NCBI GenBank assembly: GCA_963850305.1
Contig: CAWKKR010000008.1
Location: 960,001-1,024,000 of the forward strand
From: an uncultured delta proteobacterium
GTDB taxonomy: Bacteria > Myxococcota_A > Polyangia > Polyangiales > Polyangiaceae
Direction: 5' to 3'
Length of the DNA stretch: 64,000 bases
A model generated the notes under the pieces. That model worked only from the letters and a program-made list of their open reading frames with translations, ran no database searches and was not told the origin of the DNA. Below, piece after piece: positions 42,231-51,658 of the stretch; positions within the stretch are counted from its first letter, which is position 1, and every line of letters begins with the position of its first letter. Both the position numbers and the translations under genes were made by a program.

Positions 42231-42631
42231 TCCTCGATTCGGAAGCCGTCCATGCCCTCGCTAGGGCGAACGAGCGCGGTGTTCTAGCCGAGCGTGCTCG
42301 TGCCATCTTGAGCGTCGCCCATGAACGCCACGCGCTCGTTCGCGTCCCCGCCGCTGTGCTCGCGGAGGTTTGCCGTGGACCACGTTTTGATGCCGCGGTG
42401 GACCACCTGCTGAATGGTCACGGCATTGCCGTGCATGACCTAACGCGTTCTATCGCCCAGCGCGCCGGCGCACTCTTGAGCAGAGCACGCCTCTCGTCAC
42501 GATACGCCGTCGATTCCTTCGTCGTGGCGACAGCGCTTGAGTTCGACACCGCGATCATCGCGACGGGAGATCCAATAGACATCCGGCGCCTCTCCGCTGC
42601 GCAGCGCAATCTCCGAGTGTTCGCGCTCTGA
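42215..42631 (+). CDS. PIN-domain (VapC-like) toxin
   Basis: LILDSEA, PAAVLAEV, AVDSFVVATA, IATGDPID. Confidence 0.88.
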   Translation: MAEALILDSEAVHALARANERGVLAERARAILSVAHERHALVRVPAAVLAEVCRGPRFDAAVDHLLNGHGIAVHDLTRSIAQRAGALLSRARLSSRYAVDSFVVATALEFDTAIIATGDPIDIRRLSAAQRNLRVFAL

Positions 42632-42640
42632 CGACGAGCG

Positions 42641-42839
42641 GTCTAACTTAACTAGGCGTTGAACCTGCCGGGCGCTTCTTCCGACCTGCAAGCCCTCGCG
42701 GGGGTTCCCCTTCGGGTCCCCCGCTCGCGATAGCGCATGTGCATCGTCGTCCTCCGCACTGCGTTTGCGCCCGCAGGTCGCAGCGGACGGCCAACTCGCT
42801 TCCGCTCGCGGCCCGCCGCTGAACCGTTGTACGTTAGGC
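42641..42839 (+). other. attC16, chimera of long-family and short-family attC
   Basis: Long family up to cccgcaggt, then attC8-like gcagcggac...GTTAGGC. Confidence 0.85.
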
Positions 42840-42843
42840 AGAC

Positions 42844-43011
42844 ATGGCGAATCTCGACTTCGACATTCTCGGAGATCCGACATGCCAACTTGGCGGTCTG
42901 AGTCTCTGGGTTCTCGGTCGAGAATTTCCGGACGCCACTGACTACTGGGATGGGAACTGGCTTTACGTCACAGCGCGTTGCCAACTCCCTGGTGCGGACG
43001 TCTGGCATTAG
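42844..43011 (+). pseudogene. Truncated WapI-like immunity protein (not in ORF track)
   Basis: MANLDFDILGDPTCQLGGLSLWVLGREFPDATDYWDGNWLYVTARCQLPGADVWH*. Confidence 0.65.
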
Positions 43012-43027
43012 CGCCAGTACGTTAGGC
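43008..43027 (+). other. attC17 remnant (L'-R' only)
   Basis: ttagcgccagtacGTTAGGC, identical to the right end of attC1. Confidence 0.85.
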
Positions 43028-43040
43028 AGACGAGAGCGAC

Positions 43041-43240
43041 ATGAGTGACGTGGCCCCGATCGATCTCGCAGCCTATCGGCGGATCGTGATCGTGACGGGG
43101 GCAGGCATCTCGGTCGCCTCCGGTCTGCCGACCTATCGGGGCGTCGGCGGCCTCTGGAACAAAGTCGACGTCGCGAACCACGCTACGGCAGCCGCCATCC
43201 GATCGGATCCCGAACGAGTCTGGAGCTTCTTCGCTGAAGG
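43041..43240 (+). pseudogene. Sir2/CobB NAD-dependent deacylase, N-terminal fragment
   Basis: IVIVTGAGISVASGLPTYRG..GLW..DPERVW.F. Confidence 0.88.
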
Positions 43241-43279
43241 TGGTTCTCGCTTGAATCGATCGAGCGGGCATGATCTGAA

Positions 43280-43870
43280 GCGCTGAAGAGGCGTGCAGGG
43301 TCGAGTACCGCTTCCGTGGCGCCGAGAGGTACGTGGAGACGAGGCGCGTCGATCTCGCGATCTCCTTCCGCCGCCACGGCCCTTGTCTTTGCGACCACCG
43401 GGATGGACGGTGGCTCGCTCACGGCTGGGCCGATGCTCCCGCCGACTTCGGTGGTCGTCGCACAAGTCGAACCGTTCGCCAGATCGGCGACCACGGGTTC
43501 CGGCACTGCGCTCTTCCTCCACGCGGGGTGCGGGCCGAGGACGCCATGGAATCGTAGTAGCGGATGCCTGGGCGGAGAAATCAAAGCCGAAAGGCGCGCG
43601 AGCAGCTCGACCGGATCCATCCGCGGTGGGTTTCGCCGCGACGCCAGGGTCGTTGCAGTTGGATGGCGAACGCCGAACTCGCGATGGCAGTGGTGCCTCT
43701 CGACGCTCGAGACGGGCCCCTCGACGCCGACGGACGCTGAGCTCGGAAGCCTCTCGACGCCGACGGACGCTCCTCGACGCTCGAGACGTGCTGCCGTGAG
43801 CAGGCGCATGCGCCCGCCGCACTTGGGGCAGGTCTCGACGTCGATGCCGAAGGTTCCGCGGAGACGCTGC
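43280..43870 (-). mobile_element. IS91-like (Y2) transposase C-terminal fragments
   Basis: ELLARLSALISPPRHPLLRFHGVL and TFGIDVETCPKCGGRMRL. Confidence 0.7.
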
Positions 43871-44134
43871 TGTCGAAAAAATAGGCGCGCTCGGAAGGCA
43901 CTGCGAGCACCGTACGCCAATGAAACAGGCGACCGAGTGCACTGGACTTTCATCAGGGTTCTCGAAATCCAGGACCTCTGCGAGGCCGAACTTTCCGACG
44001 GGACGACCGCGAGCGACGTTCAGCAGATTGCCAGGGCCTCGCGGGCTCCGCGCCCATTGGCGTCACGATCGTGTTCGTCCCGCCGTGAGACGTCGATTGG
44101 CCCCACGAGGGGCCTGGGGTCGTCCGCCGCGTCG

Positions 44135-44728
44135 ATGCGCTCCGTCCCTGTTTCTGCGATACCCTCGCCGGCGTGGCAGAGCTCGAATCTCTCGTTTTTG
44201 GCGCGCCTCTGGCTCGCGTTCGTCACCTTGTTTCGCGTCTTGTCGAGCCCCGGGTTCGCGCGCCGCGTCGCATCGCTGCCCGCGAGCGCGGTAGACACCG
44301 GTTCGGGTGAACCGTTGCCGGTCGTTGAGTCGCCGGTGAGCCCCAGCCCCGACACGGCGAGCGCGCTCGGCCTGCTCGCGCTATTCCAGCGTGAAGGACG
44401 GCTCGTGGACTTTCTGGAGCAGGACATCGCGGCGTTCCCCGACGCCGAAATCGGCGCGGCCGCAAGAGTCGTCCATGACGGTTGTCGGCGCGCGCTCCTG
44501 GCTCACGCGGATGTCGTCCGCGTCAGAACCGAGGCAGAAGGCTCCGCGGTGACCCTCGACGAAGGATTCGACGCCGCGAGCATCAAGCTCACGGGGGACG
44601 TCCGCGGAAGGGCGCCGTACAAGGGCACTCTTCGCCATTCCGGGTGGAAGATCCGTCAGCTCAGATTGCCGATTCCGGTTCCAGGGTACGACCCGAGCAT
44701 CGTCGCGCCGGCCGAGGTCGAGCTGTGA
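44135..44728 (+). CDS. DUF2760 domain protein (start uncertain)
   Basis: ALGLLALFQREGRLVDFL..D.EIGAAARVVH.GC..LTGDV.G..P..GTLRH.GW..APAEVEL. Confidence 0.9.
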   Translation: MRSVPVSAIPSPAWQSSNLSFLARLWLAFVTLFRVLSSPGFARRVASLPASAVDTGSGEPLPVVESPVSPSPDTASALGLLALFQREGRLVDFLEQDIAAFPDAEIGAAARVVHDGCRRALLAHADVVRVRTEAEGSAVTLDEGFDAASIKLTGDVRGRAPYKGTLRHSGWKIRQLRLPIPVPGYDPSIVAPAEVEL

Positions 44729-46524
44729 CGTCCGCGCGCGCCACGCACTCCGTCGGGATCGATCTCGGGACGACTCACACGGCGCTTGCATCCGCCGAGC
44801 TCGCCGGAGACGGGTCCCGGCCGGCGCCGTTTTCCGTGCCGCAGCTCGTTGCCCGCGGAGCGGTCGAATCGCAGCCACTGCTCCCGTCATTCCTCTATTT
44901 CGCGCACGAGAGCGAGGGCCCGCTCGCGGTTCCGTGGGATGCGAATCGCTCCTTTGCCGTTGGAGAGCTCGCTCGGCGACGAGCATCGGAAGCGCCGGCC
45001 CGCGTCGTCTCGAGCGCGAAGAGCTGGCTCTGCCACGCTGGCGTCGATCGCCGCGGGCCGATCCTGCCGCCCGGCGCTCCGGATGACGTCGAGAAGATCT
45101 CGCCCGTCGAGGCGTCGTTTCGCTATCTCGATCATCTCTCGGAAGCGTGGCAATCAGGCGGCGGCGCGCCGCTCGCCGAGCAACCCGTCGTCCTGGCCGT
45201 GCCCGCGTCGTTCGACGCCGGGGCTCGAGACCTCACCGTCGAAGCGGCGTACGCGGCCGGCTTCGAAGACGTCACGTTGCTGGAGGAGCCACAAGCCGCC
45301 CTGTACGCGTGGATCGAATCCGTGGGCGACGACTGGCGTGGCCTGCTCGCCGTCGGGGACATCGTGCTCATCGTCGATGTCGGCGGCGGGACGACCGACT
45401 TCTCCGCCGTCGCCGTGGTCGAGATCGACGGCGCGGTGGCGCTCGAACGCGTCGCCGTCGGAGACCACATCCTGCTCGGCGGCGACAACATGGACCTCGC
45501 GCTGGCCCATTTGGTGAAGTCGAAGCTCGAGGCGGAAGGCAAGGAACTCGATCGCTGGCAGCTCCAGGCACTCACCTACGGTTGCCGGGCCGGCAAGGAA
45601 CGGCTGCTCTCGACGGACGCGGAGTCCGTGCCCATCGTCGTACCGAGCCGCGGCTCTAGCCTCCTCGGTGGGTCACTGTCCGCGACGCTCTCGCGCGAGG
45701 AGGCCCGCGTGCTCGTCTTCGACGGCTTCTTCCCGGACACCGAGCTTGCCGCGGAACCTGCTCGCCGTCCGCGCCCGGCCCTCACCGAGGTCGGTTTGCC
45801 CTACGCATCGGAGCCGGCCGTTACGCGACACCTCGCGACGTTCCTGCGACGCCAGGCGCGGGCACTCCCGGGCGACGAAACATCCATGCTGCTCCCCTCG
45901 GCAGTGCTGTTCAACGGCGGAGTCCTGAAGGCCAACGGAATCCGCGAACGGATCTCGAACACGCTGAACCGTTGGTTGCGAGAAGCCGGAGCTCCGCCGG
46001 CACGCGTGCTGCCGGCCGTGGATCTCAATCTCGCGGTGGCACGCGGGGCTTGTTACTACGGCCTGGTGCGTCGCGGACGCGGCTTGCGTATTCGAGGGGG
46101 CACCGCACGCGCATACTACGTTGGAATAGAGAGCCCCGCGCCAGCGGTTCCGGGTGTCGCGCCCCCGGTGACTGCGCTCTGCGTCGCGCCGTTCGGCATG
46201 GAGGAGGGTGCGACCGCCACGATCTCCAAGCTCGAGCTCGGACTGGTCGTCGGTGAACCCGTTCGCTTCAGATTCTTCGGATCGACCGTACGCCGCGATG
46301 ACGGCGCCGGCACCGAGCTCGAGCGGTTTCGTCCCGGTGAGCTCGAGGAATTGTCGCCGATCGAGGTCACGCTGAGCGGCGAGGGGAGAAGGGACGGCGA
46401 CGTCGTCCCGGTCCGCCTCGAGTCCACGGTGACGGCCATCGGCACCCTGGCCCTCGAAGCCATCGCGGTGAACCCCATCACGGCCGACGAGCGGTGGAAG
46501 ATCGAGCTCGGCATCCGGCACTAG
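44725..46524 (+). CDS. Hsp70 family protein (atypical DnaK-like)
   Basis: VGIDLGTTH, VPASFD, LEEPQAA, DVGGGTTDF, LLGGDNMD. Confidence 0.93.
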   Translation: MTSARATHSVGIDLGTTHTALASAELAGDGSRPAPFSVPQLVARGAVESQPLLPSFLYFAHESEGPLAVPWDANRSFAVGELARRRASEAPARVVSSAKSWLCHAGVDRRGPILPPGAPDDVEKISPVEASFRYLDHLSEAWQSGGGAPLAEQPVVLAVPASFDAGARDLTVEAAYAAGFEDVTLLEEPQAALYAWIESVGDDWRGLLAVGDIVLIVDVGGGTTDFSAVAVVEIDGAVALERVAVGDHILLGGDNMDLALAHLVKSKLEAEGKELDRWQLQALTYGCRAGKERLLSTDAESVPIVVPSRGSSLLGGSLSATLSREEARVLVFDGFFPDTELAAEPARRPRPALTEVGLPYASEPAVTRHLATFLRRQARALPGDETSMLLPSAVLFNGGVLKANGIRERISNTLNRWLREAGAPPARVLPAVDLNLAVARGACYYGLVRRGRGLRIRGGTARAYYVGIESPAPAVPGVAPPVTALCVAPFGMEEGATATISKLELGLVVGEPVRFRFFGSTVRRDDGAGTELERFRPGELEELSPIEVTLSGEGRRDGDVVPVRLESTVTAIGTLALEAIAVNPITADERWKIELGIRH

Positions 46525-46550
46525 CCGTTCGCCGGCTCGAGAGGAATCAC

Positions 46551-49268
46551 ATGAAGACGGAAGCGCCGAAAAGCGCGCGCATCGTCGGGATCGATCTCGG
46601 CACGACGAACACCGTCGTCGCGTACGACGAGGGAACGAGCGTCGCCATCTTCTCCCAACCACAGCTCGTCGCGGAGGGACGTGTCGGTACGGCGCCACTG
46701 TTGCCGTCGGTGCTCTTCGCTCCGCCCGAGGGGGAACCTGCATCGGATCCGTTCGGTGATGCACCCTGGACCGTCGGCGTCCATGCGCGCGCGCGCGGGC
46801 GCGGCACACCCGGACGGTGTGTCACGTCCGCAAAGAGCTGGCTCTCGCACTCGGGCATCGATCGCCTCGCGCCGACGTTGCCATGGGGAGCGGATCCCGA
46901 CGACGAGTCGCTCCCGAGGATCTCGCCCGTCGAGGCCAGCCGTCGCATCCTGGAACACGTTCGTCGTACCTTCGACATGGCGTTCCCGGACGCGCCGCTC
47001 GTAGACGCCACGACAATCCTCACGGTGCCCGCGTCGTTCGACGAGGTGGCACGCGAGCTCACCGTGCGCGCCGCGGTCGACGCGGGTCTCTCCGTGCGCC
47101 TGCTCGAGGAACCACTGGCCGCCTTCTACGACCATCTCGCCACTCACGGCACCCGCGAGCTCGCCGCGCTCGCGACGGGTCGGGACGCGTTCGCGCTCGT
47201 GTGCGACGTCGGCGGCGGGACGACGGATCTGACGCTCATCCGCGTGCGCCCGGGCGGCTTCGATCTGGACCGGGTCGCCGTGGGACGGCACCTGCTGCTC
47301 GGGGGCGACAACATGGACCTCGCGCTCGCCCACCTCGTCGAGCCACGCATGATCGAACCACCGGCTCGACTCGATCCGGCTCTCTTCTCGGAGCTCGTGT
47401 TGGCGTGCCGCGAAGCGAAGGAACGCTTGCTCGCCGACGGCGCGCCCGGAGATGTCCCCGTTCGACTCCTCTCGCGAGGTTCACGGCTGGTCGGTGCGAC
47501 ATACGCCGCGTCGCTCGCCCGCGACGACATCGAGAGCGTCGTTCTCGACGGCTTCTTTCCCAGCGTCGACGGCTCCACCGCTCCGCCAACGTCGCGGGCG
47601 GCCCTCGTCGGATTCGGACTCCCGTACGAACGAGATCCGGCCGTGACCCGGCACGTCGCGGCGTTCCTTCGACGGCATTTGCCGGATGGCGTGGCGCCCG
47701 ATGCCGTGCTCCTGAACGGCGGCGTATTCCGTTCGGCTCGCGTCCGCGCGCGGCTGCTCGAGTCGCTGCCGACAGGGGCACATGGCAGGCCGCTCGAGCT
47801 GTCCGCACCGGATCCGGATCTCGCCGTCGCCCGCGGAGCAGTCGCGTTCGGCTCGTCCATCGTCGGCAACGGACTCCGCGTCGGCGGAGGCTCGGCGCGA
47901 GCGTACTACGTCGGGCTACGCGCGAACGACGGCGAGCGACGCGCGGTCTGCGTCGTGCCCCGTGGTGCGCGCGAAGGGGAGCGCCACGTCGTCGTCGTGC
48001 CCGGTCTCGCACTCGTCGTCGGTGAGCCGGCGCGCTTCGATCTCTTTTCGTCCGACGACGGCGCCGATGCCAGTGGCGCGATCGCCGGTGCCTCCGATGC
48101 TCTGGCTCCGCTGCCGTCGATGACGGCGTCGTTCGACGCCAGCGCGGGTGGCCGTGAAAGCCGCGTGGGCGTGCATCTCGAGGGAGAGCTCACCGCCGTC
48201 GGTACGCTGGACGTCGCGTGCGTCGAAACCGGACGGGTCGACCCGAGACGGTTTCGGCTCGCCTTCGATCTTCGTCAAAAGCCGCGCGAACCATCCCTGC
48301 GACCCGTCCCGTCGGTGCGGCCATCGAGCCCCAAGTTCGACGCCGCACGGGAGCTCGTGCTGCAGGTCTATGGCAGGGGGCGGACGGACGCGCAGCCCCG
48401 CGACGCGCGGCACCTCGTTCGCGAGCTCGAGCGGGTGCTCGGCGAGCGTGCGACGTGGACCACGGACCTCTCGCGGGGTCTTTACGACGCGCTGCTCCCC
48501 GAATCGAAGGCGCGCCGCCGCTCGTCCGAGCACGAGCGCACCTTCTGGATGCTCGCCGGCTTCTGCGCACGACCGGGCTACGGCTTTCCGGGCGACGATC
48601 GGCGCGTCGGCAAGCTCGTGCCCCTGCTCCAGGAGCTCGTCGCGTTTCCGGAGGAGGCGCGCATCTGGCAGCAGTTCTGGATCAACTGGCGACGGGTGGC
48701 AGGGGGCTTGAACAAAGCCGCACAAACAAACCTCCGGGACTGGCTCGATCCGTATCTGTCGACGGACGCGACCAAGCCAAAGAAGCGTAAGGGCTTCAAG
48801 CCGCTCGCGGAAGACGAAATGCTGGAGGTCGCGGCGTCGCTCGAGGCCGTCGAGCCGGCGCGGCGCAGTGATCTCGGGCGGTGGCTTTTGGAACGAACGT
48901 GGACGAATCGCGATCCGCGGCTCTGGCGTGCGGTCGGTCGCGTCGGCGCGCGCGTTCCAACGTACGCCAGCGCGCATCACGTGGTCCCGCCGGCGACCGT
49001 CGAGCAATGGCTCGACCACCTGCTACGCGAAAAGTGGACCGAGGTTCCGACCGCAGCAGCCGCGGCGACGCAGATGGCGAGGGTGACCGGCGATCGCACG
49101 CGCGACGTCTCGGAGGCGACGCGGATTGAGATCGCGAGACGGCTGGAGATGGCCGGCGCGCCGCCCGAGTGGCGGCGCTCGGTGCTGGAATTCGTCCCGA
49201 TCGCCGCCGTGGACCGCACGGAGTTCTTTGGCGAGTCGCTTCCCGTCGGGCTGGTACTCGACGTTTGA
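46551..49268 (+). CDS. Hsp70 family protein with Trp-rich C-terminal domain (DUF3731-like)
   Basis: GIDLGTTN, DVGGGTTDL; GFCARPGYG..D, WRRVAGGL, GRVGARVP.Y. Confidence 0.92.
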   Translation: MKTEAPKSARIVGIDLGTTNTVVAYDEGTSVAIFSQPQLVAEGRVGTAPLLPSVLFAPPEGEPASDPFGDAPWTVGVHARARGRGTPGRCVTSAKSWLSHSGIDRLAPTLPWGADPDDESLPRISPVEASRRILEHVRRTFDMAFPDAPLVDATTILTVPASFDEVARELTVRAAVDAGLSVRLLEEPLAAFYDHLATHGTRELAALATGRDAFALVCDVGGGTTDLTLIRVRPGGFDLDRVAVGRHLLLGGDNMDLALAHLVEPRMIEPPARLDPALFSELVLACREAKERLLADGAPGDVPVRLLSRGSRLVGATYAASLARDDIESVVLDGFFPSVDGSTAPPTSRAALVGFGLPYERDPAVTRHVAAFLRRHLPDGVAPDAVLLNGGVFRSARVRARLLESLPTGAHGRPLELSAPDPDLAVARGAVAFGSSIVGNGLRVGGGSARAYYVGLRANDGERRAVCVVPRGAREGERHVVVVPGLALVVGEPARFDLFSSDDGADASGAIAGASDALAPLPSMTASFDASAGGRESRVGVHLEGELTAVGTLDVACVETGRVDPRRFRLAFDLRQKPREPSLRPVPSVRPSSPKFDAARELVLQVYGRGRTDAQPRDARHLVRELERVLGERATWTTDLSRGLYDALLPESKARRRSSEHERTFWMLAGFCARPGYGFPGDDRRVGKLVPLLQELVAFPEEARIWQQFWINWRRVAGGLNKAAQTNLRDWLDPYLSTDATKPKKRKGFKPLAEDEMLEVAASLEAVEPARRSDLGRWLLERTWTNRDPRLWRAVGRVGARVPTYASAHHVVPPATVEQWLDHLLREKWTEVPTAAAAATQMARVTGDRTRDVSEATRIEIARRLEMAGAPPEWRRSVLEFVPIAAVDRTEFFGESLPVGLVLDV

Positions 49269-49380
49269 TTGCCTGCAAGTAATGTTCGAGTAAGACGCGC
49301 GCAACGGAGGCCACTCAGGATGGGTCGACGGTCGCGCCTCGGAGCCGGCCACCTCCATGGAACGAATGCTCGGGAGAATC

Positions 49381-51591
49381 ATGAAACGACGGATCGAAAT
49401 CGCGGCCGGTGTCACGGCCCTGGTCACCGCTGTCTGCGCAGTCCGCGTCCATTCGGCGCCCCTTGCGCAGGACACGCGCACGACCGAAGCCAACATCACG
49501 CGCCTGACCACCAGCATCCTCGAACACTCGCAGTTCGCGCACCACCCGCTCGATGAAGAGCTGGCCGGCAAATTCCTCGACGGCTACCTCGACGCCCTGG
49601 ACGGCTCGCGCTCGCTCTTCTTGCAATCGGACGTGGACGAGTTCGCCAAATACCGCGCGACACTGGCGCAGGCCACTCGCAATACGGGCGACACGACCGC
49701 GGCGCGAGCCATCCTGGATCGGTATCGCGAACGACTCGGGGAGAGGGCGGCCTTCGTCTCGAGCCTACTGCGAGCGGGTCACTTCGATTTCACCGGTCAC
49801 GACCAGTATGTCCTCGATCGCGAACACGTCGCGAGGCCGGAGAATCTGGCCGCTGCCAAAGATCTGTGGCGCGAGGAGCTGCGCGCCGAATACCTGGAAC
49901 AGAAGCTCGACGGTGCTCGTCCGGAGCAGATCGTGAGCACCCTGACGCGACGCTACCAGCAGCAACTGGCGACCATGAAGGCGTTGAAAACGAACGAGGT
50001 CCTGGAGATTTATCTGAACGCGCTCGCGCATGTTTACGATCCGCACTCGGACTACCTCGGGCACGAAGAGGCCGAGAGCCTCTCGATCGCCATGAACCTC
50101 TCGCTCTTCGGCATCGGCGCGTCCCTGGAGAACGCGGACGGCTACTGCAAGGTGCGGGAAGTACTGCCGGGTGGACCGGCGGCGCGCGGCGGCGTGCTGA
50201 AGGCGGGGGACCGCATCGTCGCCGTCGCGCAGTCGGGCAAGGATCCGGTGAACATCGTGAACATGCCCCTGAGCCGCGCCGTCGATCTGATCCGCGGTCC
50301 GAAGGGTTCGACCGTGACGTTGACGGTTCTTCCAAACGGCGCCGCTGACGGATCGCTCCCCGAGAAGATTCCCCTGGTGCGAGACGAGGTGAAGCTCGAA
50401 GACCAGCGGGCGAGCGCTCGCATCATCGATTTGCCTGCTGGCAAAGGGGAGACGCTCCGGCTGGGCGTGCTCGATGTACCGTCGTTCTACGCCGCCATGG
50501 GCGACCACCGGGCGGATGCGCATAGCAGCGTGACGGCCGATGTGGCGCGCCTGCTCACGAAGCTGAACGCCGAACACGTGCGGGGGGTGGTCCTGGACCT
50601 GCGTCGCAACGGCGGCGGCTCACTCGAGGAGGCGATCAGCCTGACGGGCCTGTTCATCCACCGCGGACCCGTGGTGCAGACGCGCGGCCCCGCGGGAGAC
50701 GTGGAGGTGGACAGCGACACCGATCCCACGGAGCTCTATCAAGGCCCACTCGTGGTCCTGACGAGCCGCTTCAGTGCATCGGCGTCCGAGATCCTGACGG
50801 GAGCGTTGCAGGACTACGGTCGCGCGTTGATCGTCGGTGACTCCTCGACGTTCGGCAAAGGTACGGTGCAGAGCATCCTGCCTCTCGCTCGCGTGATGGA
50901 CGAAGGAGGTCTCGCGCATACGTTCGACCCGGGAGCGCTCAAGGTCACGATCCGGAAATTCTATCGACCCGACGGTGCCTCGACTCAGCTCCGCGGCGTC
51001 GCGTCCGACATCGTGTTGCCGTCGGCCAGTGACTTCAGCGACGTGAGCGAGTCCGCGATGAAAGATCCGCTGCCGTGGGACCATGTGGCGCCCGCGCTCC
51101 ACGAACGCTCGAACGACGTGAAGCCGTACGTCGATCTACTCCGAGAAAAGTCCAGTCGGCGGATCGCGGACGAAAAGAGCTTTGCCGACTTCGCAGCCGA
51201 CGTCGCTCGGTTGAAGAAGACCGAGGCCACGAAAGCGGTTTCGTTGAACGAAGCGGAACGCCGACAGAAACTGGCGGAAGCCGATGAGCGCCGGCGCGTG
51301 CGTGAATCGGATCGCGAAATGATGCAGTCCAAGATGCCCCGCACGTACGCGATCACCCTGGACAACGCGTCGTCTCCGGGCCTGCCCCCGCCGGTCACGG
51401 TCAAGGACAGGAAGGGCGTTGCCGCCACGACAAGCTCATCGTTGGAACCGGCGGATCTGGACGAAAGCACGCCCGAACACCCGTACGTCGACGACATCGT
51501 CCTGAACGAGACCGTGGACATCCTCGCGGACTACACGAACATGATGAACGCGCCGAACGGCGCGAGCGGTTCCTCTGCTCGAGCTCGATAA
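49381..51591 (+). CDS. prc: Carboxy-terminal processing protease (S41, Prc/Tsp type)
   Basis: YDPHSDY, PDZ GIGA, DLRRNGGGSL, SASASEI, TFGKGTVQ, GVASDI. Confidence 0.93.
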   Translation: MKRRIEIAAGVTALVTAVCAVRVHSAPLAQDTRTTEANITRLTTSILEHSQFAHHPLDEELAGKFLDGYLDALDGSRSLFLQSDVDEFAKYRATLAQATRNTGDTTAARAILDRYRERLGERAAFVSSLLRAGHFDFTGHDQYVLDREHVARPENLAAAKDLWREELRAEYLEQKLDGARPEQIVSTLTRRYQQQLATMKALKTNEVLEIYLNALAHVYDPHSDYLGHEEAESLSIAMNLSLFGIGASLENADGYCKVREVLPGGPAARGGVLKAGDRIVAVAQSGKDPVNIVNMPLSRAVDLIRGPKGSTVTLTVLPNGAADGSLPEKIPLVRDEVKLEDQRASARIIDLPAGKGETLRLGVLDVPSFYAAMGDHRADAHSSVTADVARLLTKLNAEHVRGVVLDLRRNGGGSLEEAISLTGLFIHRGPVVQTRGPAGDVEVDSDTDPTELYQGPLVVLTSRFSASASEILTGALQDYGRALIVGDSSTFGKGTVQSILPLARVMDEGGLAHTFDPGALKVTIRKFYRPDGASTQLRGVASDIVLPSASDFSDVSESAMKDPLPWDHVAPALHERSNDVKPYVDLLREKSSRRIADEKSFADFAADVARLKKTEATKAVSLNEAERRQKLAEADERRRVRESDREMMQSKMPRTYAITLDNASSPGLPPPVTVKDRKGVAATTSSSLEPADLDESTPEHPYVDDIVLNETVDILADYTNMMNAPNGASGSSARAR

Positions 51592-51658
51592 GTCCACCCA
51601 CCATTCACCCACCGCTCGAAGGGGCGACGTCCCACGACGTGCTATGAAATGTCGTGAA

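Larger units (their letters stand above)
30820..43240 (+). mobile_element. Chromosomal integron with ~18 cassettes and defective integrase
   Basis: Divergent intI, attI core, and recurring attC sites RYYYAAC...GTTRRRY separating small genes. Confidence 0.95.

Noticed and set aside
43041..43286. Sir2-based anti-phage system (Thoeris/DSR)
   Set aside because: Fragment resembles ordinary CobB, is truncated, and has no partner genes.
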